Source of the DNA: Eledone cirrhosa
Taxonomy: Eukaryota
Assembly (NCBI GenBank): GCA_964016885.1
Contig: OZ024741.1
Span: 251,224,001-251,288,000 of the forward strand
Length of the DNA stretch: 64,000 nucleotides
Direction of reading: 5' to 3'
A program made the translations under genes and the position numbers. Numbering within the stretch: position 1 is the stretch's first letter; each line of letters opens with the position of its first letter. Under the pieces are notes generated by a model, which saw only the letters and a list, made by a program, of their open reading frames with translations, was not told the origin of the DNA and did not search any database. This document shows, piece after piece, positions 25,922 through 37,027 of this stretch.

Positions 25922-25972
<51 letters not shown>

Positions 25973-26266
25973 CATGATGATGATATTTTGTATAACATTG
26001 TTTCAAATTTTTAAATAATATATCAGCACTATCGTCCCTACATCCAGCCATACCTCCTTTTTATAAGGGAAGGGAAATTGGCATAACAATGGTAATAACA
26101 ACAACAACAGCAACAACAATGACAATACTGATAACAATAATGATAATAAAAAAAAAAATAATTATAATAATGATGATGATGATAAGAAATCAGAATAAGA
26201 ATCAAAGCATCATTATCAACAACAAATAATGTTGATAACTAGGTTCACCATCATTTTTATTACATT

Positions 26267-26267
<1 letters not shown>

Positions 26268-26328
<61 letters not shown>

Positions 26329-26363
26329 GTGTATATATATGTGTGTGTATATATATATATATA

Positions 26364-26432
<69 letters not shown>

Positions 26433-26457
26433 GTGTGTATATATATATATTATATAT

Positions 26458-26543
<86 letters not shown>

Positions 26544-27724
26544 TATATATATAATCAGGACTCATATTTTAAAGGATGGTGGGTGAGGAGATAAATAAAT
26601 GAATTTGAAAACTACAACAACAACAACAACAACAATAATACTAATAATAATGATAATGATGATAATAATAATAATGATAATAATGATAATAATAATAAAA
26701 TAATAATGATAATGATGATACAGTTGTTTGTTTATTGAAGTGTTTTAATCTGGGTTGGTTTATTGCTATTGACTTGTATTATTTTTATATTCAGTTCCGG
26801 TGAATATAGAAACTATAATGTATGTAACTCTATAAAGTCCCCTTTGTTTATGTGTAGTGATGGTGGTGGTGGTGGTGGTGGTGGTGGTGGTGGTGGTGGT
26901 AGTGGTGGTGGTGGTGGTGGTGGTGGTGGTGGTGGTGGTGGTGGTGGTGGTGGTGGTGGTGGTGGTGGTGGTGTGGTGGGCTGGTGGGTGGGGGTGGTGA
27001 GTGAGGGTGGTGGTGGTGGTGGTGGTGGTGAGTGGGCTGGTGGGTGAGGGTGGTGGGTGATGGTGGTGGTGATGGTGGTGGTGATGGTGGTGGTGATGGT
27101 GGTGGTGTAGTGGGCTGGTGGGGGGGGGGGGGGGTGGGGGGGGTAGTGATGGTGGTGGTGGAGGTGTAGTGTGGGGGGAGTGATGGTGGGGGAGGTGTAG
27201 TGGTGGTGGTGGTGGTAATGAAGAGTGAGGGTGGCGGTGGGGGTGATGTAGTGATGCTTTAGTGGGGTTTGTGGTGGTGGTGGTGGTAGTGGTGGTGGTG
27301 GTGATGGTGATGGTGGTGATGATGGTGATAGTGCTGGTGGGCGGGGGGGGTGGGGGTGATGGTGGGTGTGATTGTGATGGTGGTGATGCTTTAGTGGGGT
27401 TTGTGGTGGTGGTGGTAGTAGTGGTGGTGGTGGTGGTGGTGATAGTGGTGGTAGTAGTAGTGGTGGTGGTGGAGGTGATGATGGTGATAGTGGTGGTGGT
27501 GGTGGTGGTGGTGATGGTGATAGTGGTGGTGGTGGTGGTGATGGTAATCTTGATGATGCTAATGGTTGTAGTGGGAGTTCTTGTTGTTGTTGTGGTGGTA
27601 GTGGTTGTGTTGGTGTTGGTGGTGGTGGTTGTGTTGGTGATGGTGGTGGTGGTAGTGGTGATGGTGATGGTGGTGGTGGTAGTGGTGATGGTGGTGGTGG
27701 TGGTGGTAGTGGTGATGGTGGTAT

Positions 27725-27757
<33 letters not shown>

Positions 27758-27870
27758 GAATGGTTGTAACAGTGATAGTGCTGGTGACAGCAGTGACTGC
27801 AGTAATAGTGTTGGAGGTGGAGATGGTGGTAACAGCAGTAGTGGTGGGGATAGTGGTAATGGTGGTGATG
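26268..27870. repeat. Microsatellite block: (TA)n, (AAT)n, (GGT)n, (CAG)n
   Basis: Direct reading. Confidence 0.9.
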
Positions 27871-29184
27871 GTGTATCTAATGCAAGCAGTTTATTTAAAT
27901 GTTTTTTGGAGGAGGCAGGGGAGGGGGGTATTTTTTTTTTTTTAATGGTTTAACTTTTAGATTTTAAATTAATTTTATTTTGGGGTTTTTTGTTTTTAAA
28001 AGAGGAAGAATAAAAATATTTTATCTAAATTTCTTATGGAAGGTCGTTGTTGATAATGATAATAATGAAAATAACAATAATGATAATAATATTGATAAAA
28101 ATAATAATAATAATAATAATAATAATAATTTTTGAAATGATGACGATGTTGATGCTAGTGGTGATGCTGCTGCTGATGATGAAAACGACGATAATAATGA
28201 CAGCGAATTAAGAATTTAAGAGATAAAAATATAGAAAGGAAAAAAATTCTTGATATAAATAATAATAATAACAAGAACAACAATAATAATAATAGTCTGA
28301 TATAACAATGAATTAACAATTAAGAGATGAAAAAAAATATAGTATAGGGAAAATGGAAGATAAAAATCAAAGAAATATTGAAAATATGAGTTTGAAAATG
28401 TAGTTGTTGTTTGAAAATGTAGTTGTTGTTGTTGCTCCTGCTGTTGTTGTTGCTACTAGAGATAGATGGATAGATAGATAAAGAAAGAGAGAGAGGAGAG
28501 TGAGGGGTGAGGGGGTGAGGGGGGTGAGGGGGGTTCAATAGAGATATTTTGAATAATGGTTGTTTTTGTTGTAGAGAAACATTCTGTGGGGATGAAGTGG
28601 GTATGAGAGAAGGGGAAGGGGTATAAATTAAAAAGTTAAAAGCTAAGCATAACAACAATAACAATGACAGCAAAAATATTGATTTTAAAAAACGTCAGCA
28701 GCAGAAGATTTGGTATGATTTTGGCGGGAGGAATAAATTTGATTAAATCGACCCTCAGTGCTTGACTAATTCCCTTTATTTGATCAACCCTGGAAGTCAA
28801 CCCTGGTTATGGTGGTGGTGGTAGTGTTGGTGGTGCTGTTGGGATTTGAACTCAAGAGCATTAAGGAGTATAGATAAATACTGGAATGGATTAAATATTA
28901 CACACAAATGATTCTATCATTCACCACCATTGTTACTCCACTGGGGTGACTATGATATCGCCAACAATTTGTGAGAGGAAAGTTGATTACCACCAAACCC
29001 CTCAACCCCATAGATCAAGTACTTTACTGGTACTTTATTTTATCAATCTAGAAAAGATGAAAGATATAGCTGGCCTTGGTGAGATTTGAACTCAGCAGTG
29101 TTTGTTCTTGTCTTTACATTCTAAGTATTTGTTTGATGCTTTTATGAATCTGCCAAGCCTTTGCTGTTCAATATTTCTCATATT

Positions 29185-30090
29185 TCTCAGAGACAGAAAA
29201 GATAAAGGATGACAAGGATAGCTAACTGGCTTTGATTAATGAAAAGTGAATCCAAAAAAGATGCTGAATCATTGATTTTAGTAACACAAAAACAGGCGTT
29301 GATGATAAATTGGATCAGGAGAATGAAAGATAAGCAGGACAGCTTACCCAAATGTAGAATATGCAACAAAACCAATGATACTATAACTCACATAATTTCA
29401 GAATACTCACAGTTGGCTCAAAATGAATTCAAAAAGTATAGACATGATATGAGAATGGTAATAATTTGCTGGAATATTTTAACCCTTTAGCATTTAAACT
29501 GGCCATATCCATCCATAATTCCCTTGCCTCTTTCTGTTTTAACCAGCATAAGCTGCTGCTCATACTGATGTTAAAGTATTATTCTCAAAATAAATAACAG
29601 ATTTGATATTATGTGAGATAATTATGTGAAATAAAGTGTTTACCATGAAAAAGCGATAGTAAATATAGAGTAATGTAAATGCAAAAGGGTTAAAGAGATT
29701 TGGGTTTGCATGGATTGAAAAGAGCTGTGGTTATTTTGGAGGAACAGAAATGAAATTTTTAGAAAACAGTGAAGTGAGATTGCTATGAAACTTTTCCACA
29801 CAATCTGGAATAAAAAAAAAAAAAAATAAAAAAAAAATGCACAAGGTCAGATATTGTAGTCTTTCATAAGATGAAGAAAGTGTGCATGGTAATTGATGAG
29901 TATGTCAATTTGGTCTGAGAGTTTTTTGGGGGTGGGGTGGGGGGGTTAAAGATAGATGAAGTATAATATTACTCTGGTTTGTAATATGAAATCTTCACGT
30001 GCTATAAATAAGAAGTCAACAAGGTCATGATCTTTCCAATTGAAATTGGTGCTTTGGGAACTAACACATCTCTCAACTCCTTACTGGGTC
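29185..30090 (+). mobile_element. Decayed RLE-endonuclease non-LTR retrotransposon (R4/Dong-like) C-terminus
   Basis: Motifs AESLILVTQKQAL, CRIC..DTITHIISE..LAQNEF..RHD (CCHC knuckle + RHD), LENSEVRLL*NF, RSDIVVFHK..KVCMVID (PD..D) and IFPIEIGALGT. Confidence 0.85.
29483..29689. mobile_element. piggyBac-type MITE, 207 bp, TTAA target-site duplication
   Basis: TTAA|CCCTTTAGCATTTA ... TAAATGCAAAAGGG|TTAA; removing it restores the host LINE reading frame. Confidence 0.9.
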
Positions 30091-30279
30091 ACTATGTTAC
30101 CAATTACACAATTTTTATTGCTTAAACTGGGGAGGAAGGGTAATGCCCAAATTATTCTTTTTGGTGCCTTTGAGACTGATTAGAGGAAAGCAAATAGTTA
30201 TTCTCAAACTTACCAGCTCAAGTGCTTGCAACACATTGAACCCAACTAAAGATACCCAAGAACCAGGTGGAGGTATTAA

Positions 30280-30643
30280 TCCTTTAGCATTTACATTACT
30301 TTATATATACTATTGTATTTTCGTGGTAAAGGCTTTATCTCACATGATTATCTCACGGCGGATTGGCAGTATCAGTAAAGAGTCGGACGCCATGCTTTCC
30401 AGCATAGTTACGTCCCTTTACGATCTGAGTTCAAATCCTGCCGAGGTTGACTTTGCCTTTCATCCTTACGGGGTCTATAAAATAAAGTACCAGTAATGCA
30501 CTGGGTAATTGGGGGCCTTGTGCCTAAAGTAGAAACAATTATCTCACATAATATCGAATCTATGAGTTGCCAGTTAATGCCAGTTTGAACAGAAAGAGGT
30601 GAGAGAATTCTGGCTGGATACGGCCGGTTTAAATGCTAAAGGG
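30280..30643. mobile_element. Second copy of the piggyBac-type MITE (opposite orientation) carrying a nested SINE
   Basis: TTAA|TCCTTTAGCATTTAC ... TAAATGCTAAAGGG|TTAA. The SINE at 30357-30537 is flanked by the TSD ATTATCTCAC (30347-30356 and 30538-30547). Confidence 0.9.
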
Positions 30644-31611
30644 TTAAATCAGTCAACAAATTGAGTCTACTACCAAAGTAGGCTGCAGCAGTGTTTGAAC
30701 CATCAATACAAAAAGTCGGTAGAGGAGTGAACTTCAATTTTTAATGTGATGCAGTCTTAGTGCTGTTTGGTATTTTTCAAGAATACCTTGCTAATGCAGT
30801 TTCTTGTGGTACAGGATGTAAAGAGTTAACCTCCAGGTCAACCCTGATCTGGCAGATGTATAATCAAACGAGTTCCTGCAATGAATATCTCATCTTTTTA
30901 GGAATATCAGGGGCTACATTATCTAATGTGTCATTTCTTCATTTAAAATGGTGTAGTATGGTATGGTGTGGTATGGTATGGTGTAGTATGGTATGGTGTA
31001 GTATGGTATGGTGTAGTATGGTATGGTGTGGTATGGTATGAAACTACAGGCATAAAAACAGTTTAATAGAACCTAAGAGAAAATAATGTCAACACTCACT
31101 AAGGAGGAGATGGGGAGGAAGGGCACAGGAATTGGAGAGGAGGGGAAGAGGGAGGAGAGAGGATGTAAGAGGAAGGAGAGAGGATGTGAAGAGGAAGGAG
31201 AGAGGATATAAAGAGGAAGGAGAGAGGATATTTAGAGGCTAGACAGCATGAGGAAATGAAGAGAAAGATGGAGGGAAAGAAAGATAGATAGAGAGAGAGA
31301 GAGATTGTTATAAAGAACAAATAAAATACCATTTGAACAGGAAATCCATTTTGCTAAATGTTTATGTGGTTGGGGGTAAGTTATGGTTCAATAAGTACAG
31401 GGAGCCATGTTGCTAAATACTGTAGGAGATGGTAGTATTTATTGTGCAGTCATAGTTTAGTCTATATACCAATTTCAAAAACCAATAATTATTTGTAATA
31501 TATTAATTTCTGTCACTGATCAAGATGTCTTGAGTAGATTATATTTCCTTTATTGGTTTTGTTTTTGCCTGAAAGAAAAGATCAGACTTTTATTCCTCTA
31601 AACATTTAAAT

Positions 31612-32228
31612 TTAAATTTGTAGAATAATGAGAAGAGTTCCAAGCAAGGGGGCTGTTGAAACAGCAAAATGCTGTTAATGACAGCGTAGGGTAAAATTTA
31701 CCTCAAAGGATAGAAATCACTAGAAGTGTGTTGGCTCACAGAAGTGATAGGAGAAAAGGAGAAAGGGAAGACAAATAGATGAGAGAAGATTACACAGACA
31801 TTTACATGCACTCATCTATGAGTGGCCAGTTATAGCTGGTTTGAACAGAAAGAAGTGAGAGAATTCTGGTCGGATATGGCCGGTTTAAAGGCTAAAGGGT
31901 TAAATCAGTCAACAGATTGAGTCTACTACCAATGTAGACTGCAGCAGTGTGTGAAACATGAATACAAAGATCTGGAACAAATGCTGCAAGAGGAGTATAA
32001 CTGACCACTCATAGATGAATGTATTTAAAGGTTTCGGTGATCTTCTTTCATCCTTTTTTCTTCCTTTCTCCTTTCTTCCTATCACTTCTGCAAACACTTC
32101 TGCAAACACTTCTAGTCACTAATTTCTATTCTTTGAGGTAAATTTTACCCAACGCTGTCATTGATGGCATTTTGCTGTTTTAACAGCTTCCTTGCATTGA
32201 GTTCTTTTTCTTATTCTATAAATTCTAA
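31612..32228. repeat. Diverged inverted repeat (arms about 31612-31836 and 31993-32228)
   Basis: GGGTAAAATTTACCTCAAAG pairs with CTTTGAGGTAAATTTTACCC, and TCATCTATGAGTGG with CCACTCATAGATGA. The spacer is homologous to 30580-30715. Confidence 0.85.
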
Positions 32229-32295
32229 TACGCTCATGCTTCAAATTTGATATTCGAGGTAACTTTCTTTATATCTAAATTAAATTTGTTATATT

Positions 32296-32450
32296 ACTGT
32301 ATATACTTGAGTATAAGACCCATTTTGTAAGTTGAGGCAGGTAATCAACACATTGATTAGATGGTATATATAAGCTGACCCCCCACATACTATTTTACCA
32401 TTGATTCTTTTGTATCATATTCCTCAACTTATAGTCGAGTATATACAGTA
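32296..32450. mobile_element. Tc2/pogo-type MITE (TA TSD)
   Basis: TACTGTATATACTTGAGTATAAG ... CTTATAGTCGAGTATATACAGTA. Confidence 0.8.
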
Positions 32451-32482
32451 ATTAATTCTAAATTTTTTGAAATTATTAGGGT

Positions 32483-32790
32483 AGTGGGTTAGCAGAATAA
32501 TTAGATCATCATATGAAATGTTTTGCAGTATTTACTTCAATTCTTTACCATCTGAGTTCAAATCCCACCGAGCTCAACTTTATTTTATCAACCTCACTAT
32601 AAATGACTATTAAAGTGTGGTGGATTGGAAGAATTGGTAGAGCATCGGATAAAATTCTGACTTTTATGTTCTGAGTTCAAATCCTGCTGAAGTCAATGTT
32701 ACCTTTCATCTTTCCAGAGTCAATAAAATAAAATATTAAACAAGTACGAGGATTGATCTAATAAAATTTGCTCTTCCCTCAGATTTGTTG
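32483..32790 (+). mobile_element. Two degenerate Meta-like SINEs
   Basis: TCTGAGTTCAAATCC at about 32551 and 32670, with the downstream CTTTCATC..GTCAATAAAATAAA motif. Confidence 0.75.
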
Positions 32791-33030
32791 AAATTAATAT
32801 CTTGAAACCATCTCCCTTTTACTTTAAGAGTCACAAACAATTGTAACTAGGTTTTTGTTCATATCCAACTAAAAGGTAAATTCTAATTTATTTAGATTAT
32901 ATTTTATTTTATTTTTTGGCATACACATTCAACACACTACCATTTAACTTATTTATTCAAATTCCTGCTGCTATCTCTTTTGAGTTGTTCCCCTAGTGAA
33001 TTGTCAGTGTGGCCATCAGCAAGCTAGAGT

Positions 33031-33584
33031 AGCACCATTTAGTAAGCCCTACACCTTAACAACCTTCCAATATATAGCTAGCTGGAGGTGTGCAATACTA
33101 TCAAGCAAACCTTACACCTTAGCAACCTTCCACTATTCATATGCCAGTAGTAATGATTATAACAACAACAGTAGCAATTGTTATTGTTGGAACAATCCAT
33201 GGAATTGGAACAATCCATCAGACAATTACCATATATACTCAAATATAAACCAATCTGAATATAAGACCCCATCTCTTTTATGTCTGAAAAATATGTGAAA
33301 ATCCAAACCCTGTTTATAAACTATTTCTCAGACATAAAAGAGATGGGGTCTTATATTCAGATTGGTTTATATTTGAGTATATATGGTAATTGTCTAATGG
33401 ATTGTTCCAATTCCATGGATTGTTCCAACAATAGCAATTGCTACTGTTATTGTTATAATCATTACTACTGGCATATGAATAGTGGAAGGTTGCTAAGGTG
33501 TAAGGTTTGCTTGATAGTATTGCACACCTCCAGCTAGCTATATATTGGAAGGTTGTTAAGGTGTAGGGCTTACTACATGGTGCT
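33031..33584. repeat. Near-perfect inverted duplication: 257-bp arms, 40-bp spacer
   Basis: 33031-33287 vs 33328-33584; about 4 mismatches counted by eye. Confidence 0.97.
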
Positions 33585-33914
33585 GCTATTCAACACATTG
33601 TTTATATGGCATATATAAGCCAACCTTCCATTTTACCATCGATTGTTTTAGTCACATATTCCTCGACTTATATGCAGTAACAGAATTGCTGAATAAATTA
33701 CTTGTGTATACAAGAAATACTTCCCAAAATATTATTCAATGATTTCAGTCTGCCATTATACCGCCAGAAGCTGTTTTACTGTTTGACTACTAGGCCCATG
33801 CAAGGACATTGACCATATTTTAAAAATATCCTGCTGGAAATAAGATTAATAACTGTCTGATAATGTTACTGTTTCCACCTGGTGCCAAATGGAATTTGTC
33901 TAATATTAATCCTG

Positions 33915-35266
33915 GACACAGATACAGACACACCTACGCACATACACACGTAGATTAACACACACATATACACACATACACTTACACACACACATACACA
34001 CATACACTTACACACAGAGATACACACACACTCACACACTCGTATACTTACACACACATATACACACATACAAATTGACACACACATACACATATACACT
34101 TACACACAGAGATACATACACACTTACACACTCGTATACTTACACACACATATACACACATACAAATGCACACCTACATACACGCATACACTTACACACA
34201 GAGATACACACACACACACGTAGCTTAACACACATATACACACATACAAATGCACACCCACATACACACATACACTTACACACAGAGATACACACCCACT
34301 TACACACTCGTATACTTACACACACATATACACACATACAAATTGACACACACATACACGCATACACTTACACACATAGATACACACACACTTACACACA
34401 CGTATACTTACACACACATATAGACACATGTATACACACATACATACACACACATACATACACACATACTCACACATGCACACACACTTAGTCACTCACA
34501 CAGACTCACACAGACTCACATTCACATACACACATACACAAATACACACACATACCCACACATACATACATATACTTACATATACATACACACACATATT
34601 CACATATACATATCTTCACAAATAGACATGTATACTCATACAAATGCACACATACACATACATGTGCACACACACTCTCACACACACATATTCACATGCC
34701 CATACTCACATACACATACTCGGACAAGCATACTCACACACACATATACTCACACACACATATACACACACAGACATACCTTCATAAATACACACATATG
34801 CTCATACAAATACCCACATAAACACACATATACACACACAAATACACACAAATACACATGCACATACACACACATATATACATACATACATATACAGACA
34901 TACATACATATTCATGCCCCCATACTTACATACACATACTCATTCAAAAATATTCACACACACACACTCACACACTTACACACACACACACACACATACT
35001 CACATATACATAGCTTCATAAATACACACATAAGCTCATACAAATACCCACATAAACACACAAATAAATATACACATGCACACAGACATATACATACACA
35101 CACACACACACTCACACACACATATTCATGCCCCCAAACTCACATACACATACTCACACACACATACTCGCACATACACACACATACTTTCACAAACACA
35201 CACATATGCTCATACAAATACCCATATAAACACACATACACACACACACACATATATATATATATA
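33915..35266. repeat. Compound (CA/TA)n low-complexity tract
   Basis: Direct reading. Confidence 0.9.
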
Positions 35267-35361
35267 GTTGTCAAAATATTCTTACATAACCTTTTGTTAC
35301 CAAATTCCTTTGTTAATTCCAACTGCTTACCCTATTTATATATAGCATGGGTTGACTATTT

Positions 35362-35880
35362 GAGGGTCAGCTGAAAAGTCCATAGACTGACTATGAAGGA
35401 AGGATGTTAGTGCTGTGAAATCTTGCATGCATTAATTTCATCTCTTGTTAAAAACTGTATTGTTTCTTTTCATGGGCTATGTTGAAAATAAACCTCATTT
35501 GGTCATTCCATGAGTGTATCTTGGTCAACCTATGAACTTTTCAGCTGACGCTCATATATACATAATACATACCTACATACAAACATATGCGAGTGGGCTG
35601 AAATATTCATGGGCTGACTTTGAAAGAGAGATGCTAGAGCTGTGAAATCTAGCATGTGTTAATTTCATCGCTTCTTGTTAAAAACTGTATTGGGATATAC
35701 AGGGATTATGTTGAAAATAAACCTCATTTGGTCATTCCATGAGAGTATCTTGGTCGGCCTATGAACTTTTCAGCTAAGCCTCATTTATACATACATACAT
35801 GTGTGGGCTGAAAAGTTAGTAGGCGGACTATAAGGAATGATGTTAGAGCTGTGAAATCTTGCATGCATTAATTTCGACTT
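35362..35880. mobile_element. Tandem mariner-type MITEs (two complete ~190-bp copies and one partial)
   Basis: TIRs GAGGGTCAGCTGAAAAGTCCATAG / CTATGAACTTTTCAGCTGACGCTC; copies at about 35362-35553, 35590-35782 and 35800-35880. Confidence 0.85.
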
Positions 35881-36019
35881 TCAAAGACTTATTTGTCTGT
35901 TTTAAACTCCTTATGAATTGAGGATTTTAGTGGTGTGTATAGAGCTTCTCTCACCTATCAAAAATAATAGTGAAGAACTACACTAATCACCTATGCTATA
36001 CATACATGTATATATATAT

Positions 36020-36610
36020 ATTTCGTTTCTGAATTTGTTTAGCAAGATTCTTTATCTGAAAACGTGTGTTGAAACCGATATTGTTATACTTTGGGAGGGT
36101 CATGTTGCCAATAAGAAACACACGCACCAGTTGCATTCACTCCAATTTATTATAAATTAAATTTATAAATTTAAGAATTTATAAATTTCCGGTTGGTTGG
36201 TTGGTTCCATAACCGGACGGTTGTTCATATATTGTCAAAGTTCTTTCGTCACACATTCTGTGACCTCTTCAGTGACTGGGTATTCTTTTCTTTGTTTTGT
36301 GCCTCTCCTTTGTTCTGTCGTACGCCATCTTGTTTTTGTGTGTGTTGTGTGCTTAGTTTGCGCATGTGTTACATCCGGGTGTCTGTGTGTGTTTTTATTT
36401 GTTTATTTATTTGTTTATTTACATGTTACTGGTTGGTTGTTTGTTCTATGTGCGTGTGTGTTTTCATTTTGTCCTTAATTGTAAGTTGTGATGTTGCTAT
36501 TCCATTCATGTTTTCTATTTAATTTTGGTTGGAGTTCATTTATGTTTATTGCCTCTGTGATTTGTCTAAACATTGCGTCTTTTCTGTGTGTAGATTCTAT
36601 TTTAATTTCT
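36020..36610 (-). mobile_element. Penelope-like element 3' end: GIY-YIG endonuclease C-terminus plus pLTR/3' UTR
   Basis: Minus strand about 36606-36477 encodes IKIESTHRKDAMFRQITEAININELQPKLNRKHEW, the R..EA..I....P.LNR..E signature of PLE endonucleases. A hammerhead motif lies downstream and (TA)n flanks the element. Confidence 0.75.
36234..36276 (-). ncRNA. Minimal type I hammerhead ribozyme motif
   Basis: Minus strand GTCA-CTGAAGA-G-GTCAC-AGAATGT-GTGAC-GAAA-GAAC-TT-TGAC: stem I GTCA/TGAC, perfect 5-bp stem II, minimal stem III. Confidence 0.7.
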
Positions 36611-36644
36611 ATTTATTTTTATTTATTTTTCTATATATATATAC

Positions 36645-36810
36645 AAGGCAAATTAGCTGATTTGTTAGAACGTCAGATAGAATGCTTTATGGGATTTGTT
36701 CCAGCTCTCTGATCTCTTAGTCCAAATCCCGCTGAGGTCAACTTTGCCTTTCATCCATCCGACGTCGATAAAGAAGTACCAGTCTAGTATTGGGGTGGAT
36801 TCTTCCTCTA
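36645..36810 (+). mobile_element. Degenerate Meta-like SINE
   Basis: AAATCCCGCTGAGGTCAACTTTGCCTTTCATCC..GTCGATAAAGAAGTACCAG. Confidence 0.75.
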
Positions 36811-36980
36811 TATCTCTCTCTCACTTTCTATCATTTTCTGGAAGAAATCTGCTGTACTCAGGCCTGGAGAGAGATGGGCTCCACCAGGCTTAAAATGCCC
36901 AGGAAATGCTGTATGTTAATACGGTACACCTACAACTCTATCAGGAGTTACAGGACCATATATACATACATACATATATA

Positions 36981-37015
<35 letters not shown>

Positions 37016-37027
37016 GGAGGCACATGG

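Noticed and set aside
26795-26819. 25-nt plus-strand micro-exon (TTCAG..GTATGT)
   Set aside because: It is too short and such signals are common in AT-rich DNA; there is no corroboration.
17048-27945. Gly-, Thr-, Pro- and Val-rich ORFs (mucin/extensin-like)
   Set aside because: They derive from (GGT)n/(CAC)n tracts open in multiple frames, with no splice or signal evidence.
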